This document shows positions 61,416 through 64,000 of a stretch of 64,000 bases of DNA, piece by piece. Below the pieces are notes generated by a model that was not told where the DNA came from, searched no databases, and saw nothing but the letters and a program-made list of their open reading frames with translations. Position numbers and translations under genes: made by a program. Each line of letters opens with the position of its first letter. Position 1 is the first letter of the stretch. Source of the stretch: an uncultured Candidatus Saccharibacteria bacterium (lineage in GTDB: Bacteria > Patescibacteriota > Saccharimonadia > Saccharimonadales > UBA10212); assembly GCA_964460855.1 (NCBI GenBank), contig CAYWQH010000007.1, positions 5,628 through 69,627 of the forward strand, given 5' to 3'.

Positions 61416-64000
61416 ATGAGGGATGTGCTAACTCGCATTAAGCAAACCAACAAGCGGTTATTTTTTATACTGACCGGCGTGCTTGTAGTTGCCAGCCAAT
61501 TATTATCTATCCAACCGGCAGGCGCCGCAATTACCCAGAGGGGAACGGTTACTAGCGCAAACTCAAGTACTAACAATGTCACCTCAATTGCAGTCAATAA
61601 ACCTACTGGTGTAGTAGCCGGAGACGTGATGGTTGCGACTATCACTGTTAGCGGCGTACCGGCTCTAACCGTACCCACTGGTTGGAACCTGGTAGAAGCA
61701 TCAGTAACCACAAATACTACGTTAGAAATGGGTGTTTGGACCCGTGTGGCCGGAGCTAGTGAGGGAGCAAATTATACCTGGAGCTGGACTGGCACCCAGC
61801 GGGCTGCTGGCACAATCGTAGCTTACACGGGAGTCGACAACTCAACAGTAGTCGATAACAGCGGTGCTGCACACTCTAAAAATACGGGAACAAGCGCTGC
61901 TCCTAGCACAGCTACTTTTACAACTACTAGCGCTAATACAGTACTTGTTGCCTCGTTTGCTGATACTACCAATGCATCTAACTTCGCGGTCGCATCAGCA
62001 GCGACAGCCGGCGCGTTTGATTCCGAACTTACCGAAACTGCGAGTAATAGCGTAACCACCCCCAATGTCGATACTTCGGTAGATGTAAAGGCATGGTCAG
62101 GCAGCGGGGCAACAGGAGCAGTTTCAACAACTTCAACCAATACGGCTTGGATTGCCCAGGCTTTCGCGCTTAAACCGGCAGGCGCGCCAACATTTGACCA
62201 GACCGGATACCGTTTTTCGGTTAATGCCGATAATACTTTCCCGCACTATATGAAAGACAATTTAACCGGTGTAGACGATACGATCCGCGGCGTAACCAAC
62301 GACACAATAAACGGCTATATGTACGAAGTTGGCGACAACGGTGCCAACTGGGTTATCGAAAAACGCCGGATCGCGGATGGGGCATTATGTACCAGCACGA
62401 ACTGCGGAACCACTTTCGGCACGGCCGGGCGGGTAACAGAAGACGTCGCCGCCAGCGCCACCGAAATCGCCTATTCGGTAGCTGTCGACCCCAGCCTTAA
62501 CTCTATATTCGTAGTAGGAATGGATAACGTAACTGGCGGCGGTGAGTGGCGCATCGAAAAACGCGACGCTTTGACTGGTAATCTAGATACTACTTTTAAC
62601 AGTACCGGTATTGTGCAGAGCAACCCTTCATCCCAAATAGACGAAGCTTTGCAGGTATTGTTAGATAACATTAACGGCTATTTATATGTCGGCGGTTATG
62701 ACGGAACCGGAAACAACCAATGGCGCTTAGAAAAATACAAAGCCAGTACCGGCCTAATATGTACGGCGATAAACTGCGGTACGCTGTTCGGCACTGGCGG
62801 CGCGTATTCCAATAACATTAGTAATAGCGACGATAAAATATCTAACCTGGCTATCGACCCCACCAACTCCTATTTGTTCGTATCCGGCTATAGCACGGCT
62901 AATAACGGTAAAACCCAGTGGACCATGATTAAAATGCGCACCAGCGACGCGGCGCTGTGTACGGCTGCCAACTGCGGCACCCAATTTGCCAGCTCAGGTA
63001 CATTTACCGAAGACCCGACTAACGGCGACGACAAAATTCTGGCATTGCAGGTCGATTCGGCGGCCAATGCCATATATATTGGCGGCTCCGAAGAATACTC
63101 GAATGGTAAGTTCCAATGGCGGATAGATAAGTTATCGGTTGATGCCGGCGCGTTGGTTACGGCTTTTGGCGGCAGCGGCTGCAACTCTAATGAAGCCGGA
63201 GCTTTGTGCACCGTTTTTAGCTCGGGAACAGATAAATTATATGACTTGGCGCTGGACGGGGCGGGCGGTTATATATATGTATTTGGTACCGCTGATGAAA
63301 CGGCAAGTAACTCAACGTGGCGGGTCCAAAAAAGGCAGCGCAGCGACGGTTCGCTAGTTTCTGCCTTTGGAACCAGCGGGACAACGTCAGTCGACCCCAG
63401 CACTGGTAAAGACACAATCGCCCTGATGGCCCTCGATACTACCCGCGGCTTGATGTGGGTAGCCGGCAATGACCGTTCGCTGGGCACAACCAATGCCGAA
63501 TGGTATATGGAGCAGTTGCAACTCGACACCGGCACCAAGTGGCTGGCGGCCGCCAATACCGTAGGCGGTTTGAGTTCGGGCGTGACTTTCCGGCTGCGGC
63601 TGCTGCTGCATGTAACTACCGGCAACAATTACATTACCGATACTAACTCTTTTAAACTTCAGTACGCCGTTAAAAGCGGCACTTGCGACACGGCTTTTGT
63701 CGGCGAAACATATGCCGATTTAGCTACTGCGGGTACGGCGGATTTACTTTGGCAGGATAACCCGAGCAACGCCAATCCTGTAAACATGGTTGCAATTAGC
63801 GGCGAAGACCCGACGCACAGCACCGATACCGTTGTACCCCAGTCTTTATACGAATCTAATAACTTTACTAATGGAGTCGCCGATGTTTTGAACGGCCAGG
63901 ACGGCATGTGGGACTTTGCCATTAAAGATAACGGCGCTTTCGGCGCCTACTGCTTCCGGGCCGTTACCAGCGCCGGCGCTACTTTAGCAAATTACTCGAT
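61416..64000 (+). CDS. Giant surface protein 3, N-terminal >861 aa (open at the window end): signal peptide + ~60-aa Cys-containing propeller-like repeats
   Basis: I translated the frame of ATG 61416 by hand to position 64000 and found no stop, so it is absent from the ORF track only because it lacks a stop in the window. The upstream in-frame stop is at 61392 and GTG 61404 is an alternative start. N-terminus is MRDVLTRIKQTNKRLFFILTGVLVVASQLLSIQPAGA. The minus-strand ORFs listed in this interval are antisense artefacts. Confidence 0.8.
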   Translation, partial: MRDVLTRIKQTNKRLFFILTGVLVVASQLLSIQPAGAAITQRGTVTSANSSTNNVTSIAVNKPTGVVAGDVMVATITVSGVPALTVPTGWNLVEASVTTNTTLEMGVWTRVAGASEGANYTWSWTGTQRAAGTIVAYTGVDNSTVVDNSGAAHSKNTGTSAAPSTATFTTTSANTVLVASFADTTNASNFAVASAATAGAFDSELTETASNSVTTPNVDTSVDVKAWSGSGATGAVSTTSTNTAWIAQAFALKPAGAPTFDQTGYRFSVNADNTFPHYMKDNLTGVDDTIRGVTNDTINGYMYEVGDNGANWVIEKRRIADGALCTSTNCGTTFGTAGRVTEDVAASATEIAYSVAVDPSLNSIFVVGMDNVTGGGEWRIEKRDALTGNLDTTFNSTGIVQSNPSSQIDEALQVLLDNINGYLYVGGYDGTGNNQWRLEKYKASTGLICTAINCGTLFGTGGAYSNNISNSDDKISNLAIDPTNSYLFVSGYSTANNGKTQWTMIKMRTSDAALCTAANCGTQFASSGTFTEDPTNGDDKILALQVDSAANAIYIGGSEEYSNGKFQWRIDKLSVDAGALVTAFGGSGCNSNEAGALCTVFSSGTDKLYDLALDGAGGYIYVFGTADETASNSTWRVQKRQRSDGSLVSAFGTSGTTSVDPSTGKDTIALMALDTTRGLMWVAGNDRSLGTTNAEWYMEQLQLDTGTKWLAAANTVGGLSSGVTFRLRLLLHVTTGNNYITDTNSFKLQYAVKSGTCDTAFVGETYADLATAGTADLLWQDNPSNANPVNMVAISGEDPTHSTDTVVPQSLYESNNFTNGVADVLNGQDGMWDFAIKDNGAFGAYCFRAVTSAGATLANYS

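Noticed and set aside
1-64000. Alternative genetic code (UGA recoding as in some CPR lineages such as Gracilibacteria/SR1)
   Set aside because: TGA terminates well-delimited genes (3210..4553, nrdR at 14373, the GH99-like gene at 18613). No in-frame TGA interrupts any conserved gene. The standard code fits.
26417-64000. Diversity-generating retroelement (TR/VR pair plus reverse transcriptase) targeting the giant proteins
   Set aside because: No reverse-transcriptase-like ORF is present, and I could find no near-identical repeat pair differing mainly at adenines. The repeats present differ at synonymous sites of all bases.

Overview
This is a 64-kb bacterial fragment using the standard genetic code (TGA, TAA and TAG all terminate well-supported genes). 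It has two very different halves. (1) 1-26.3 kb is a compact housekeeping block. It holds a partial ROK-like kinase, an S1-domain protein, infB, two hypotheticals, def-fmt, priA, a small wHTH protein, rpsU, yqeY, an adk-like kinase, map and ftsA-ftsZ. Next come nrdR-nrdJ (class II RNR) behind an NrdR-box palindrome, and a three-gene secreted-enzyme cluster (GH99-like hydrolase, phosphoesterase, beta-helix protein) in which the last two end in dockerin-type repeats. The block ends with a small hypothetical, a T-box leader (Ile AUC specifier) in front of ileS, and rplU. (2) 26.4-64 kb is a surface-protein locus dominated by three consecutive giant + strand ORFs: 4534 aa, 6044 aa, and more than 860 aa running off the window (this last one is not in the ORF track). 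Two small membrane proteins accompany them. The giants are paralogous mosaics of fibre-like segments, CBM4/9-like jelly rolls, LVIVD and Kelch propellers and FN3-like pairs. They contain tandem repeats whose protein sequence is almost invariant while synonymous sites are heavily scrambled. The strongest non-coding signal is a family of four diverged copies (two per strand) of a ~115-135 nt element with compensatory base changes. I read it as an undescribed structured RNA and cannot assign it to any family I know. The short infB and S1, the gene content and the giant ORFs suggest a small-genome Patescibacteria/CPR (Saccharibacteria-like) organism; this is inference only. No rRNA, tRNA, CRISPR array, transposase, integrase or prophage structural genes were seen.
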